A DNA stretch of 64,000 nucleotides from assembly GCA_963754875.1 (NCBI GenBank), contig CAVWHO010000016.1, forward strand, positions 758 to 64,757, in the 5' to 3' direction. This document shows, in pieces, positions 42,420 through 53,213 of the stretch; position 1 is the first letter of the stretch; each line of letters begins with the position of its first letter. Below the pieces are notes generated by a model. It did not search any database and was not told the origin of the DNA. It saw only the letters and a list, made by a program, of their open reading frames with translations. The DNA comes from Nitrospirota bacterium (GTDB lineage: Bacteria > Nitrospirota > UBA9217). Made by a program: the position numbers and the translations under genes.

Positions 42420-42443
42420 TATATTTAGTCCTTCACCAATAGG

Positions 42444-42461
42444 TTATGATGTATATCATAA
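42444..42461. promoter_or_regulatory. Fnr/Dnr/HcpR-like operator upstream of norCB
   Basis: Perfect dyad TTATGAT-GTAT-ATCATAA, similar to TTGAT-N4-ATCAA. Confidence 0.6.
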
Positions 42462-42525
42462 CAGAAAAGGGAAGGAACCCCCTGAAACCCTCCCTGCCCT
42501 GGTCGTACCTGTTCAATTCTGATCA

Positions 42526-45074
42526 TCATTCCAGAAATCTACGGAAGAACCACTGCTTGGTCCCTTCCACGGCAAAGAGGTAGAAAAACACGAGACCGGT
42601 AAGGATCAAATAAAAGGACAATGGCGGTTCTACAAACCCGAAGTATCTGCCGAGCGGCGTGTACGGGAATATGACGGCAAGCAGTACAACCGTGAGAGAA
42701 CACAAGGTAAGCCAGAAGCTCGGACGGCTTTTGAAGGGGTTCCTGCGGGTCCGGATAATGAAAATGACGAGCACCTGGGTCGCCATGGACTCGACGAACC
42801 ATCCGGTATGAAAAAGCTTTTCCCCGGCATGGAACACATGAAGCATGATGTAGAAGGTCAGGAAGTCGAAGAGAGAACTGACCGGTCCCACGGCCAGCAT
42901 AAAATTTTGAATGAACTTCATGTTCCAGTGCCGCGGGTGGGTAAGGTATTCCTCGTCCACGCTGTCGAGCGGGAATAGGGATTTCCGATACATCGTACAG
43001 GAGGTTGTTCAAAAGGATCTGCACCGGCAGCATGGGCAGGAACGGCAGGAAGAGCGTTGCTCCGGCCATGCTGAACATGTTGCCGAAGTTGGAGCTTGTT
43101 CCCATGGCGATGTATTTCATGATATTCCCGAAGGTGCGGCGGCCTTCTACCACGCCTTCGTAGAGCACGTTCAAGTCCTGCTCCATCAGGATCATCTCAG
43201 CCGATCCCTTTGCCACGTCCACGGCGCTGTCCACGGAAATCCCTATGTCGGCCGAATGGAGCGACGGTGCGTCATTGATGCCGTCTCCCATATATCCGAC
43301 GACCCTGCCGCGCTGCTTCAAGGCAAGAATGACCCGGTTCTTTTGCGTAGGGTTCACGCGGCAAAAGAGATTCACGTTCTCTACGCAGGCCGCGAGCGCC
43401 TGATCGTTCATCTCCTGCATTTCCGTGCCGGTCATTACGCCGATGATCGGGAGGCCGAGCTGCTCGCAGATATGCCGGGTCACGAGTTCATTATCGCCGG
43501 TCACCACCTTGATCGCCACGCCGGCCCGGGTGAGCTTTGCTAATGCTTCTTGAGCGCTCTTCTTCGGCGGATCGAGAAAAGCGGCGAAGCCGGCAAAGAC
43601 CAGTTCCGTTTCATCGTTCACCACGGCATGATGCTCGGTTTGTTCTATTCGCTTCCAGGCAACGCCGAGCACCCGGAAACCCTCGCGCGCGAGCGATTCC
43701 GAGAGCGCCTGGACCCGTGCCAGGCTGGACTCGTCCATCGGCTTGAGATTGTCATCACGGTCCTCCTCATAATGAGTTGAGAGCCGGAGGATGTCCTCGG
43801 GTGCGCCTTTTACCACGAGGAGTCTCTTCGCACCGTTATCAACGATCACGGAAACCCGTCTACGCTCGAAATCGAAAGGGACCTCGTCGATCTTTTTCCA
43901 GGAGGTGATGTCTATCTCTTTGTGCTCGAGGATGGCGTCGTCCATCGGGCTCCGTAGCCCTGATTCGAAAATAGCTGTTCAGAAAAGCAAGCTCAAGAAC
44001 ACGGCTGCTTTCGCGGCCGAGGCCGTCCACGTGGCGCTCGAGCCGGATGCGCGCCTCGGTGAGCGTGCCGGTCTTGTCCGTGCAGAGCACGTCCATGCTC
44101 CCCAGGTTATGGATGGATTCGAGCCTTTTGACGATCACCTTCTTCTTTGCCATGCGCATGGCGCCCCGCGCCAGGGTCACGGAAACCACCATGGGAAGGA
44201 GTTCGGGCGTGAGGCCGACGGCAAGCGCCACGGCAAAGAGGAATGATTCGAGCCATGGCCGGTGGAAGTAGGCGTTGACGAGAACGACAAAGAGCACGAG
44301 CAGGATCGTGAAGCGCATGATAAGAAGCCCGAAGCGCTGGGTGCCCTGCTCAAACGAAGTGGGAGGAGCCTTTGTCGTGAGCGTGTCCGAGATCTCGCCT
44401 AACGAGGTGTTCGGCCCGGTGCGACAGATCAGCACCGTCGCAGAACCGCTGACTACCGACGTGCCCATGAAAACGGAGTTGACCGCATCAGCCATGTCCT
44501 GTCCTGCATCGGGCAGGTCGCGCGAAAACTTTTCAACAGGATAGGATTCCCCGGTCAGGAGCGCCTGGTTCACAAAGAAGTCCTTTGCCGCAAGCACGCG
44601 ACCGTCCCCGGGGATCAGGTCTCCTGCCGCAAGAAGCACCACATCCCCCGGCACGAGCGATGCCACGGGAATTTCGATGCTCTTCCCGTCGCGCAGGGCC
44701 TGGACGCGGATGGCGACGGACTGGCGCAGCTGTTCTGCAGCCTTGCCTGCCCGGTGCTCCTGGACAAAGTCCAGGGTCACGCTCATGACAACGATCGCGC
44801 TGATGATCAGGAAGCTGGTCACGTCGCCGGTAAAGGCGGATACTGCGCTGGCGACGAGGAGGATGAGAACAAGGGGGTTTTTGAACCTTGCGAGGAACTG
44901 GAGCAGGAGCGCGCGTTTTCGCGGCGGACGCAGCATATTCGGGCCGGTTTGCGAAAGCCGGTCAGCTGCCTCGCTGCTCGAGAGGCCGGAGGCGGTCGAG
45001 TTCAGTTGTTTGAGAAGTGCTGGTACGGATTGCTGCCAGAAAAGGGTTTCTGTCTTGGATGGGGAAACAGTCAT
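42526..45074 (-). CDS. mgtA: magnesium-translocating P-type ATPase (two apparent frameshifts)
   Basis: LTGES, AVGLTPELLP, DKTGTLT, PFDFERRR, MGDGINDAP, SSNFGNMFS, FHTGWFVES. Confidence 0.93.
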
Positions 45075-45177
45075 GATGCGGTTTCCTTATGTAGAGCGAG
45101 AACACGAGACGACTTATGAAAGGGCTCGTTTGCGTCGCTCCCCGGCCCACAACGCTAATACGATAAGAGAGGCAGCA

Positions 45178-45885
45178 TCAAGGCACGTCACTTTCTTCCC
45201 AGATGACTTCCTTCATATCAGGCATGGACGACAGGCGTTTGACGATATCTGACCAGTGTTTCTGGCTTTCGTCTCCGTGATGCAGACGAATCCGGTAGGT
45301 TACCGTGTTCGCAGTGACATCCCGATGGTAATTAACGAACTGGAGGGACAGGTCGTGGTATTCGGCAAGGACGTCCTTGATGCTGCCCAAGAGTCCCTCG
45401 GTTGTAACAGCCTTCACCGAGAGGATCGTATATATCCTGCGATGGGTAAGGGCCTTGACCGGATAGGCAAGGTAGAGACTCGCGAGGATGACGATTGTCG
45501 TAGCAATAGCGGGGACGATGTATCCTGCACCGATGGAAAGGCCGATGCCGGTTACGGACCACAGTCCGGCCGCGGTCGTCAAACCGCGCACAGAGCCCTT
45601 GCCCTTGATGATCGCGCCGGCCCCCAGAAAACCCATACTCGCGATAGCGTACGAGGCGATCCTGCCGGGATCAAGGCGCACGACCGATTTGTCTACGGCT
45701 AGCTCTCTGAAAAGTTCTTCCATATGCAGCGAGAGCATCATCATCAAACAGGACGCGATCCCGACGATGAGGTAGGTCCTGAAACCGGCCGCTTGCCCGT
45801 GTGATTCCCGCTCGAAGCCTATTGCGCTGCCAAGAACGCTCGCAAGCAAAAGCTTGCCGATATCAGAGAGGAGCTGAGAGTCCAT
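45178..45885 (-). CDS. mgtC: MgtC/SapB family protein
   Basis: IGFERE...AGFRT, DPGRIA, GFLGAGAI, GLTTAAGLW. Confidence 0.92.
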   Translation of the reverse strand: MDSQLLSDIGKLLLASVLGSAIGFERESHGQAAGFRTYLIVGIASCLMMMLSLHMEELFRELAVDKSVVRLDPGRIASYAIASMGFLGAGAIIKGKGSVRGLTTAAGLWSVTGIGLSIGAGYIVPAIATTIVILASLYLAYPVKALTHRRIYTILSVKAVTTEGLLGSIKDVLAEYHDLSLQFVNYHRDVTANTVTYRIRLHHGDESQKHWSDIVKRLSSMPDMKEVIWEESDVP

Positions 45886-45936
45886 GCAAAGACCTCCTTC
45901 GTATATTCGGGCTCTTTCCCGGTCCGTCTGGTTCTG

Positions 45937-46512
45937 CTATTTTTTAAACTTCTCCCGATAAGTAGCGCCGTCCTTCCAGGCATGCCCCACGTTTTCTCCC
46001 ACAGACCAGAAGCGGTTGTCGGGCATGGTCAGGAGAAATGGCCTGATCTTCTTGACATCGGGCTTGCCGTCGGAGAGAAAGCGTTCCTCGGTGAAGATCG
46101 TGATTATTTCGCCGATAAAAAAGGCATTCGTAGGCAGGTCAACGGTCTGAACAACCCGGCATTCAATGTTCAGCGGACAGGAGGTGATGAGCGGCGCCGA
46201 CTTCAGTTCGCCGTAATACACTTCGAACAGTTTTGACTTGTCCTCACGTTTGGCCGAGGCGATGCCGCAGTAATCGGTCACCGCGATCATGTCCACGGTA
46301 GGGACGTTAATGCTGAACTGACCCGTTTCCCGGATGGCCTGGTTGCTGGCGTGGGTATTGCCCACGCAGATGCCGAGCATGGGCGGGTTGAAGTTAGTCC
46401 GCGTAAGCCAGTCGAGGGCCATGAAGTTGACTTTGCCCTGTACATGGGTCCCCAGGAGCGTCTGCGTCCAGGGCAAACAGAACAGATTCTTTTCAACGGT
46501 TATCTTGCCCAT
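45937..46512 (-). CDS. flavin reductase family protein (flavoredoxin-like)
   Basis: NFM...W, FSINVP, DYCG, APLI..CPLNIEC, FIGEI. Confidence 0.88.
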   Translation of the reverse strand: MGKITVEKNLFCLPWTQTLLGTHVQGKVNFMALDWLTRTNFNPPMLGICVGNTHASNQAIRETGQFSINVPTVDMIAVTDYCGIASAKREDKSKLFEVYYGELKSAPLITSCPLNIECRVVQTVDLPTNAFFIGEIITIFTEERFLSDGKPDVKKIRPFLLTMPDNRFWSVGENVGHAWKDGATYREKFKK

Positions 46513-46532
46513 TTTCCCCTCCTTTGACGATG

Positions 46533-49496
46533 TTACGAGCTGAGCAGCCTGTTCAGTACTTCTTGCAGTTCACCAACAGTGTAGGGCTTTTTGAGAAATG
46601 CGACGAAGCCCTGCTCACGGTAGTTCGAGGTGACAGCGTCATCGGAGTACCCGCTCGATACAACAGCCTTTACGCCGGGATCGATCTCCGACAGCTTTCG
46701 CACTGTTTCTGCGCCGCCCATCCCGGCGCGGATCGTAAGGTCCAGAATGACAACGTCGAAAGAGTCCCCCGATCGTTTTGCCGCAAGATACTTTTCGATC
46801 GCCTCTTTACCGTGCACGGCAAACTCCACACTATGCCCAAGGTCCCTGAGCATTTCTCCGGCAACATCACGGATGACTTGTTCATCGTCCATGACGAGCA
46901 CCCTCCCGCTCCGTCCCGCAGTTGCTGCTGATTTGACCTGCGTTGCTGTTCTTACTGCAGCGATCGCCGGGAGATAAATAAAGAAGGTCGTCCCCTTACC
47001 CACTTCTGACCTCACCTTGATTGAACCCGCATGGTTCTTAATGATGGAATAGGATGTGGCAAGGCCGAGTCCGCTCCCTTTCTCCTTGGTCGTGAAATAG
47101 GGGTCGAATATCTTCGTGAGATATTGTTCCGGGATACCGATACCACTGTCCTTGATGGCGATCTCCACGTAGAATCCTCCCTGCAAACCCGGCGGCAGAT
47201 CTTTGCCGGCGGGTTGAACGTTCTTCGCCGCGATCTCCACCCGTCCACCTTCGGGCATGGCCTGGTCGGCATTCAGGATGATGTTCTGGATCACCTGACC
47301 GATCTGGCCCTCGTCCGCATCTATCTGCCGGAGCCCGGCATCGATAACCAGGTGGTAGTCCGATCGTGAACCGCTCAGGGCGAACTTCGCTGCATTCTCG
47401 ATTACCGGGTGGAGATCAATTGGTTTTTTTACCGGCTTGCCGCCTTTCGAGAAGGTAAGAAGCTGGTTCGTCAATTTCACCGTGAGGTGAAGCGCCTTCT
47501 CGGCTTCCTCAAGCGCGGCAAGGCTTTTCTCTCTGTCGTCTCTTTTCAGCTTTGCGAGAGAGATATAGCCGAAGACCCCCTGAAGTAAATTGTTGAAATC
47601 ATGGGCGATGCCGCCTGCCAGCGTTCCAATGGCTTCGAGTTTCTGGGTCTTGAGACGCTCCTCCTCCAACAGGTTTTTTTCAGAGACATCTACTAAGAAT
47701 CCAACAAGGCTCTGCCAGCCGTCTACCTCCATGGGAACGCTTTCGATGCTCATCCGCACGGAGGAGCCGTCCTTCCGTTTGATGGTCCTTTCCGTAGTAT
47801 GCACTTTCCCCTCTGCATGGGACTGGAACGCCGAAACCGATTCCGAAAGTTCCTCCTCGGCGGTCAGTTCGGTTGCCTTGCGGGAATGGAGGTCTTGGTC
47901 GCTATAGCCGAGCATCCGGCAAATCTCGGGATTGGCGTACCGAATCTCACTCGTCACGATGTCGGCAACCAGGATCCCGATGGGTATTTTTTCGATGATG
48001 GTCCGGAAACGGGCTTCCGAAGACCGCAGGGCATCTTCCGCCCTCTTACTGTCGGTGATGTCCCGTCCCGTGGCCTGATACTCAATGATATTTCCGTCTT
48101 TGTCGAATATCGCGCTGTGCGCCCATTTATGCCACACGACGCGTCCGTCGGGCAACACGACTCTGGCTTCAGCAATCAGAGAAGTGTTACGAGAATCAAG
48201 TGACTCGATTTGACGAATAAATGACGCCCTATCATCTTCATGCATGAAGGGATAGTAGGATTTCCCAAGCAAATCTTCTCGCTTCATGCTGAGATATCTG
48301 CACAGCGTATCGTTGACAAAGGTCATGATCCCGCCCGGGAGAAAGCGCACAACGAACTCTGCCTGGTCTTCTACAATTGCTTTATATCGTCTTTCGCTTG
48401 CCCTGAGTGCCTCCTCCGCCCGTTTGCGCTCGGTCATGTCTTCTATCACGGCCAGGGAGCGGACAACGTTTCCGTTGGCGTCACGCTCGCCGGTGGCCGA
48501 AAGCAGCACATCCACCAGGTCGCCTTTCTTTTTGACGAACTGATAGGAAATATCCTGCACAGCACCATCCCTGAAGAAGGCAGGCTGGACGACCTCCCGT
48601 GCGTATTTCCGAGATGCCTCGGTATAAAAATCCGTCACCGGTCTGCCGATCACCTCGCTCCGCTCGTATCCCATGGTTTTAAGCCAGTGGTCGTTGACCT
48701 CGACAAGCGTACCTGTCCGGTCGATAGAATGGAGCATCACCGGCGTGTTATTGTACAGGATGCTGAACTTATTCCTGCTCTGATTCAGCTGGTCAATGGT
48801 TTGTTTCAGCTGTTCCGCCATCTGGTTGAAGGCGCTGATGGTCACGGCCATTTCTGCCGGACCCTGTTCAGGGATTCTTGCGGAATAGTCCCCAGAGCCG
48901 ATACGATGGGCTCCAACGGCAAGTTCGACCAGGGGACGCAGGCCAAATCTTACGAACAGAGAAGTAATAGTGATGGCAAGCACCAGCGCGAGCAGTAGCA
49001 CCTGCATATTCCCCACGAACATGGACCACATGTGATTTACTGAGGGCGTTGTGGTCAAATGCAGTTCAACGGTCCCATACTTCCTCGTTCCGACAACGAT
49101 TGCTTCTTTTTTCGAGAACGCAGGCATAGCGATCTGCGAAGTGAACCACTGCGGAGCAATTGACGTTACCGGTTTGTCTTTCGCCGAGATGCTCTTACCA
49201 AAGGAATCTGTGTAGACGATACCAGCAATATATATGTCCTTTACGTTAGCGTTCAGCATGTTTTCGATCGTGGCATAGTCACCGATCACCGCCTGCTCAG
49301 GGAGGGTTATAAGCAGCAGGCTCATGTCATCGTTGAGCTGTTCGTTGAGTTCCTCTATAGAGTGCCTCTTCTCATGCATCATGGACGTGAAGAGCAGCAC
49401 AGCCGCGCCGATTAGCATGGCGCCGGCCATCAAGATACTAAAACGGCCGGTCAGCCCCATGCGGTTCCATGCCCTGGGAATCAATGTCCTTTGCAT
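46533..49496 (-). CDS. hybrid histidine kinase (TM-periplasmic-TM-HAMP-3 PAS-HisKA-HATPase-REC)
   Basis: Two TM, HAMP GPAEM...AFNQMAEQL, GGIAHDFNNLL, GSGLGLAT, REC. Confidence 0.94.
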   Translation of the reverse strand: MQRTLIPRAWNRMGLTGRFSILMAGAMLIGAAVLLFTSMMHEKRHSIEELNEQLNDDMSLLLITLPEQAVIGDYATIENMLNANVKDIYIAGIVYTDSFGKSISAKDKPVTSIAPQWFTSQIAMPAFSKKEAIVVGTRKYGTVELHLTTTPSVNHMWSMFVGNMQVLLLALVLAITITSLFVRFGLRPLVELAVGAHRIGSGDYSARIPEQGPAEMAVTISAFNQMAEQLKQTIDQLNQSRNKFSILYNNTPVMLHSIDRTGTLVEVNDHWLKTMGYERSEVIGRPVTDFYTEASRKYAREVVQPAFFRDGAVQDISYQFVKKKGDLVDVLLSATGERDANGNVVRSLAVIEDMTERKRAEEALRASERRYKAIVEDQAEFVVRFLPGGIMTFVNDTLCRYLSMKREDLLGKSYYPFMHEDDRASFIRQIESLDSRNTSLIAEARVVLPDGRVVWHKWAHSAIFDKDGNIIEYQATGRDITDSKRAEDALRSSEARFRTIIEKIPIGILVADIVTSEIRYANPEICRMLGYSDQDLHSRKATELTAEEELSESVSAFQSHAEGKVHTTERTIKRKDGSSVRMSIESVPMEVDGWQSLVGFLVDVSEKNLLEEERLKTQKLEAIGTLAGGIAHDFNNLLQGVFGYISLAKLKRDDREKSLAALEEAEKALHLTVKLTNQLLTFSKGGKPVKKPIDLHPVIENAAKFALSGSRSDYHLVIDAGLRQIDADEGQIGQVIQNIILNADQAMPEGGRVEIAAKNVQPAGKDLPPGLQGGFYVEIAIKDSGIGIPEQYLTKIFDPYFTTKEKGSGLGLATSYSIIKNHAGSIKVRSEVGKGTTFFIYLPAIAAVRTATQVKSAATAGRSGRVLVMDDEQVIRDVAGEMLRDLGHSVEFAVHGKEAIEKYLAAKRSGDSFDVVILDLTIRAGMGGAETVRKLSEIDPGVKAVVSSGYSDDAVTSNYREQGFVAFLKKPYTVGELQEVLNRLLSS

Positions 49497-49499
49497 TCG

Positions 49500-50351
49500 T
49501 CAGAATCCTTTTAGTACCGTCGTCTTGTAAAACTCACGCTGGTTCTCATAATCCTGCATCCCTGCTGCCACGAAACCAAAGGGTGGGCTTTGCTTGATCA
49601 CCGCCGCGCTGGCAGCGAGGATCTTCCGCCCCTCCGGGTCCGAAGCCATACCAACGAGTGCATCGCGGACGGCCTTCACCTTCTTCCGGTTGACCCGGCG
49701 GTTGACCGCTATGGGCATATCGGAAAACTTGGAGGAAGACCACAGTACACGGTATTTGATGTGCTCCCGCATCGCAAATTCCTGCATAACCTGCGAGTTG
49801 ATTGACGCGGCAGGCACTCTCCCTGCTTTCAACTGGCCCATGGCTCCTTCCTGGTTTCCCGCGAACACCGGCTCCACGTGAATGCCTTTCCGAATCAGGG
49901 CATCCATCGTCACGGTATAAGCGACGAACGCCGTTTCGGACGGGAAAGCGACCTCCCTGCCTTTGAGGTCCTCCAGGACACGGATCGGCGTAGTATCGAG
50001 CACTACGATCTGTCCCTGGATCAATTCCTCGACAGGACGGGCAATCACCTGGTAACCTGCCTTGGATATACGAGGGATGAAAATATGGTTCGAAAACACA
50101 AAATCGAACTCTTTCTGTTCAGTCAATCTGTCCGTTTCCTGGACGGTTTTCCCCATCTTCAACTGAAGCACGACCCCGCTCTTTTTGCTCACATAGTCCA
50201 GAATAGGATTCCAGTATTGCGCCGTCAGCACCGGGTTTCGCTGGTTCAGAACGCCGAAGGTGTGGACCTGCTCTCCGGCGAATGCCGTACTCATGAACAG
50301 CGGGAGCAGCAATATTGCAACCGGCTTTATCATTCGTTTCGGTTTCAACAT
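49500..50351 (-). CDS. PhnD/SsuA-type substrate-binding protein coupled to the kinase
   Basis: Signal peptide; FGVLNQR...YWNPILDY, DLKGREVAFP, FAGNQEGA; stop is 3 bp before the kinase ATG. Confidence 0.85.
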   Translation of the reverse strand: MLKPKRMIKPVAILLLPLFMSTAFAGEQVHTFGVLNQRNPVLTAQYWNPILDYVSKKSGVVLQLKMGKTVQETDRLTEQKEFDFVFSNHIFIPRISKAGYQVIARPVEELIQGQIVVLDTTPIRVLEDLKGREVAFPSETAFVAYTVTMDALIRKGIHVEPVFAGNQEGAMGQLKAGRVPAASINSQVMQEFAMREHIKYRVLWSSSKFSDMPIAVNRRVNRKKVKAVRDALVGMASDPEGRKILAASAAVIKQSPPFGFVAAGMQDYENQREFYKTTVLKGF

Positions 50352-50556
50352 ACCTTCCTTATATATACTCAGCGGCGGCTTGACCGCGGATGTCCTGCTA
50401 TCTGTCCCATTATGCAGCTGGCCCTCGTGACCGTGACTGTTGCAGAACCCCGCTTTCGGGAACCTGCAATGACTGAGTAGAAATGTCATCAAACAGGATA
50501 TTTATCGACAACACATGCGCGAGCGCATTCATTTAGGATCTTTGTATGATTTATTG

Positions 50557-51075
50557 CTATGGTTTAACTTGCTCGGCAAATCTTCCCCGATAGGTAGCAT
50601 GACCATCGCACTTCTCAAATATAAATTGGCAAATCTTGGTGCCAGGATACAGGGCCAACGGCCCATGCCCTAAATTCACTATTTCAAGGACCTGATGGTT
50701 GGAGATGCCCGGATGCATAAAACCGGCCGTAACATGAACAGCAAGTCCATACCGTGCGAATCTGCTTCTTCCTTCAAGCCGACCGGACATATTATCGGCA
50801 AGAGTAATTTTTTCTTTTGTGATTCCGAGGATCATCTCTCCCGCTTGAATAACGATATAGCCGCCGTCTTTAACGTGAACATCCTTGGATATCGCTTGAA
50901 AGAGAGAATCATTCTTTACGTGATAGACCTTTGAATGTTTTTTAAAAATTCTGAAATCATTCCCCAGCGTCAGATCGATTGATCCGGGCCCGATCTGCGC
51001 TTTGTCCAGGGGTTCAATGATGATCAATTTATTTTTTAAAGCTTTTTCGATTTCTTTCCCGACCAATACGCTCAT
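50557..51075 (-). CDS. dcd: dCTP deaminase
   Basis: PGSIDLTLG, EGRSRFARYGLAVHVTAGFMHPG, LEIVN, KICQ. Confidence 0.92.
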   Translation of the reverse strand: MSVLVGKEIEKALKNKLIIIEPLDKAQIGPGSIDLTLGNDFRIFKKHSKVYHVKNDSLFQAISKDVHVKDGGYIVIQAGEMILGITKEKITLADNMSGRLEGRSRFARYGLAVHVTAGFMHPGISNHQVLEIVNLGHGPLALYPGTKICQFIFEKCDGHATYRGRFAEQVKP

Positions 51076-51229
51076 CGTTCTCTTCCTCTCAATGAATACG
51101 GCTTTTATTCTCTGCACGTGCTTCTTACGTCCATCATGAATGCCCGCTCAGTCCGTCGCGTACCTTACAGGTCCAACAACACTTATCGACAGTGTCGTCC
51201 GGGAGGTAACTACAGGGTCACGGGCTATC

Positions 51230-51370
51230 TCAGGAGGACCTGCGGTTCCAGGGATATCTTCTCTCTTTTCCTTTTCTCCGATCAGCGCCCTCGTAGTTCG
51301 GATCATTACCTTTTCTCCGGTCTTCACCTGACCTTCGGTTATTCTCTGACCTGTGTTCTTTTTTCCCCAT
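51230..51370 (-). CDS. small Arg-rich protein of (D/E/N)RR repeats
   Basis: MGKKEHRSENNRRSGEDRRKGNDPNYEGADRRKGKERRYPWNRRSS; SD-like gaggg. Confidence 0.55.
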   Translation of the reverse strand: MGKKEHRSENNRRSGEDRRKGNDPNYEGADRRKGKERRYPWNRRSS

Positions 51371-51893
51371 AAGCCCTCGCTGTCTTTTGTAAAGCGGGCG
51401 TACAAGCCCTACACATCCACACCGTGACTGAAGCATATCAACGGCAAATTAATCTGCAAAAACTGTCGGTTCTTCAATGATATCCGTGCGTCAGCTATAT
51501 ACTTTTCGGCGGTGATTTTTGCATAATGGTTAAACGATACTCTCTGATTGAAGTGTAGCTAAATGACAGGAGGGAGTCAATTTAAAACGACAGAATACAG
51601 TGCCGGGTACAGGGCTGCGTTCTGCGTTTTGTCCCCTGGGCGGGATTGATACGGCAGCATATCTTGCCCCGCACTTCAGGAACCCTGTTTTGCTTGCGCA
51701 AGTAATTTCTGTTTGTCACTTCGGGAGGCGGGCCTGTGCGGAACGATACCGCAAGAGCGAACGAGCGATGATCCGCATTCCCAGGGTAGCGGGCGCCGGT
51801 CAGTTCGTAATGGGGTAAAGTTTCTTCCGGAGCGGCAGATCCCCGGTTATGTCCCGGCGGGAGGGCGAAGACAGCAGCAAGGGTGTACGGAAT

Positions 51894-53015
51894 TCACAAC
51901 GATTTTCTGCGGTCCCCGCCGAATCGTCTGTCTCTCAAACTTCGCCGTTCAACAAACTTTTCAGGCCCTGTTGCAACGGGCCCTTCCCAGCTGCCGAGAC
52001 CGCCGCGGAGACACTTTGCGTTAAAGCCGCGGTTATTTAAAAGGAAGGCGGCAACCATGCCGCGTGAATCGTTGGTACAGTAGGTAATATAGGCTTTCGT
52101 GGTATCAAGGTCGGCATATTTCTGGCGAAGGGCCTCGACAGGAATGCTCAGCGCGCCCTCAATGTGCTCTTGCTCATATTCAATCGGGACCCGGGCATCG
52201 ATGATCACATACTTATCCCGGTAGTGCTGAACAGAGATGTCCTCGGTAAACATATTGTCGAGAAAGGCCGACTTCAGGATCTGGTCGAAATCTATCTTGT
52301 CCAGGGCATACACCGTCGTCTCCTCCAGTGCCCGGCAGGTCGCATTCCGGGGGTCGTCGCGGATAAGCGCTTCTTCTCCGAACCCGGCCCCTTCAGCCAG
52401 TACGGCCACTTGTTTTTCTTCGCCCTCTCCTTTACTCTTTTTTAAAACGGACACGCGGCCCGATTTCACGATGTAGTAGTAGTCCCCCTTTTCGCCCTGG
52501 ACAATGATATCTTCGCCGAGGGCATACGTTTTTTCAGTCATTCGCGCCAGCAAAGCATACATCCTGTCCGGCTCCAGGAGGATAAAGGGCTGAAGCGTCT
52601 TTATTTTTTCGTACTGTGAAATTTCTCCGGCTTTCTTGAGGAGAACGTTCTTGAATGCGCTCTCGCGGTGCAGGATACTATCAAAATCCGGCTTTGGCAG
52701 CTGATAGAGGGTGACTTCGTTGAGGGCCCGGACCGAGGCCGAGTGTATGGAGCTCGTGAGGAGCGCGACCTCGCCGAATCCCTGGCCGCTGGTGATAATC
52801 GACAGCTTCGCCAGTCCGTATTTCGTATTCTTGGTTACTTCGAGCCTGCCCTGTTTCACAAAATAGAATGAATCGGCCAGATGGCCCTCTTTTGATATTT
52901 CCGTACCTTTGGGATGGGTTACTACGTTGAACTGACGGGCAAGAATTTCGAGTGAATCCTGGGACAGACTTCTAAAATAATTATGCTTTTTCAATTCATA
53001 AACCTGCAACGACAT
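51894..53015 (-). CDS. tandem cNMP-binding domains plus rhodanese domain protein
   Basis: FGEVALL..HSASV and FGEEALIRDDPRNATC; IDAR..EY...HIEGA, YCTNDSR, LRGG; SD gaggag. Confidence 0.88.
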   Translation of the reverse strand: MSLQVYELKKHNYFRSLSQDSLEILARQFNVVTHPKGTEISKEGHLADSFYFVKQGRLEVTKNTKYGLAKLSIITSGQGFGEVALLTSSIHSASVRALNEVTLYQLPKPDFDSILHRESAFKNVLLKKAGEISQYEKIKTLQPFILLEPDRMYALLARMTEKTYALGEDIIVQGEKGDYYYIVKSGRVSVLKKSKGEGEEKQVAVLAEGAGFGEEALIRDDPRNATCRALEETTVYALDKIDFDQILKSAFLDNMFTEDISVQHYRDKYVIIDARVPIEYEQEHIEGALSIPVEALRQKYADLDTTKAYITYCTNDSRGMVAAFLLNNRGFNAKCLRGGLGSWEGPVATGPEKFVERRSLRDRRFGGDRRKSL

Positions 53016-53213
53016 ACTATTCTCCTCATGAAATGGATAGGGATAAGACTGCATGACTCAGTTCGATAGGATGTGCTAAAAGCAGTCAAACGGTGTTAAT
53101 ATCCGGCGTTCCAAAGCCCGAACAAGAGAGATTTACTTAATCACTTTTTTAAAAAAATATCAACGTAAAGTTCCAATTTTAGCTGGGTATTTCTAGGGTA
53201 GCCGTTGCATAGG

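Noticed and set aside
42400-42425. Fluoride riboswitch-like GATGG...GCC segment
   Set aside because: Lacks the downstream pseudoknot partner, and the region is better explained as a ferredoxin relic
51600-51860. c-di-GMP riboswitch upstream of the DRR micro-protein
   Set aside because: No GGCAAA/GAAA/GACGCAAA class-I pattern or class-II consensus seen
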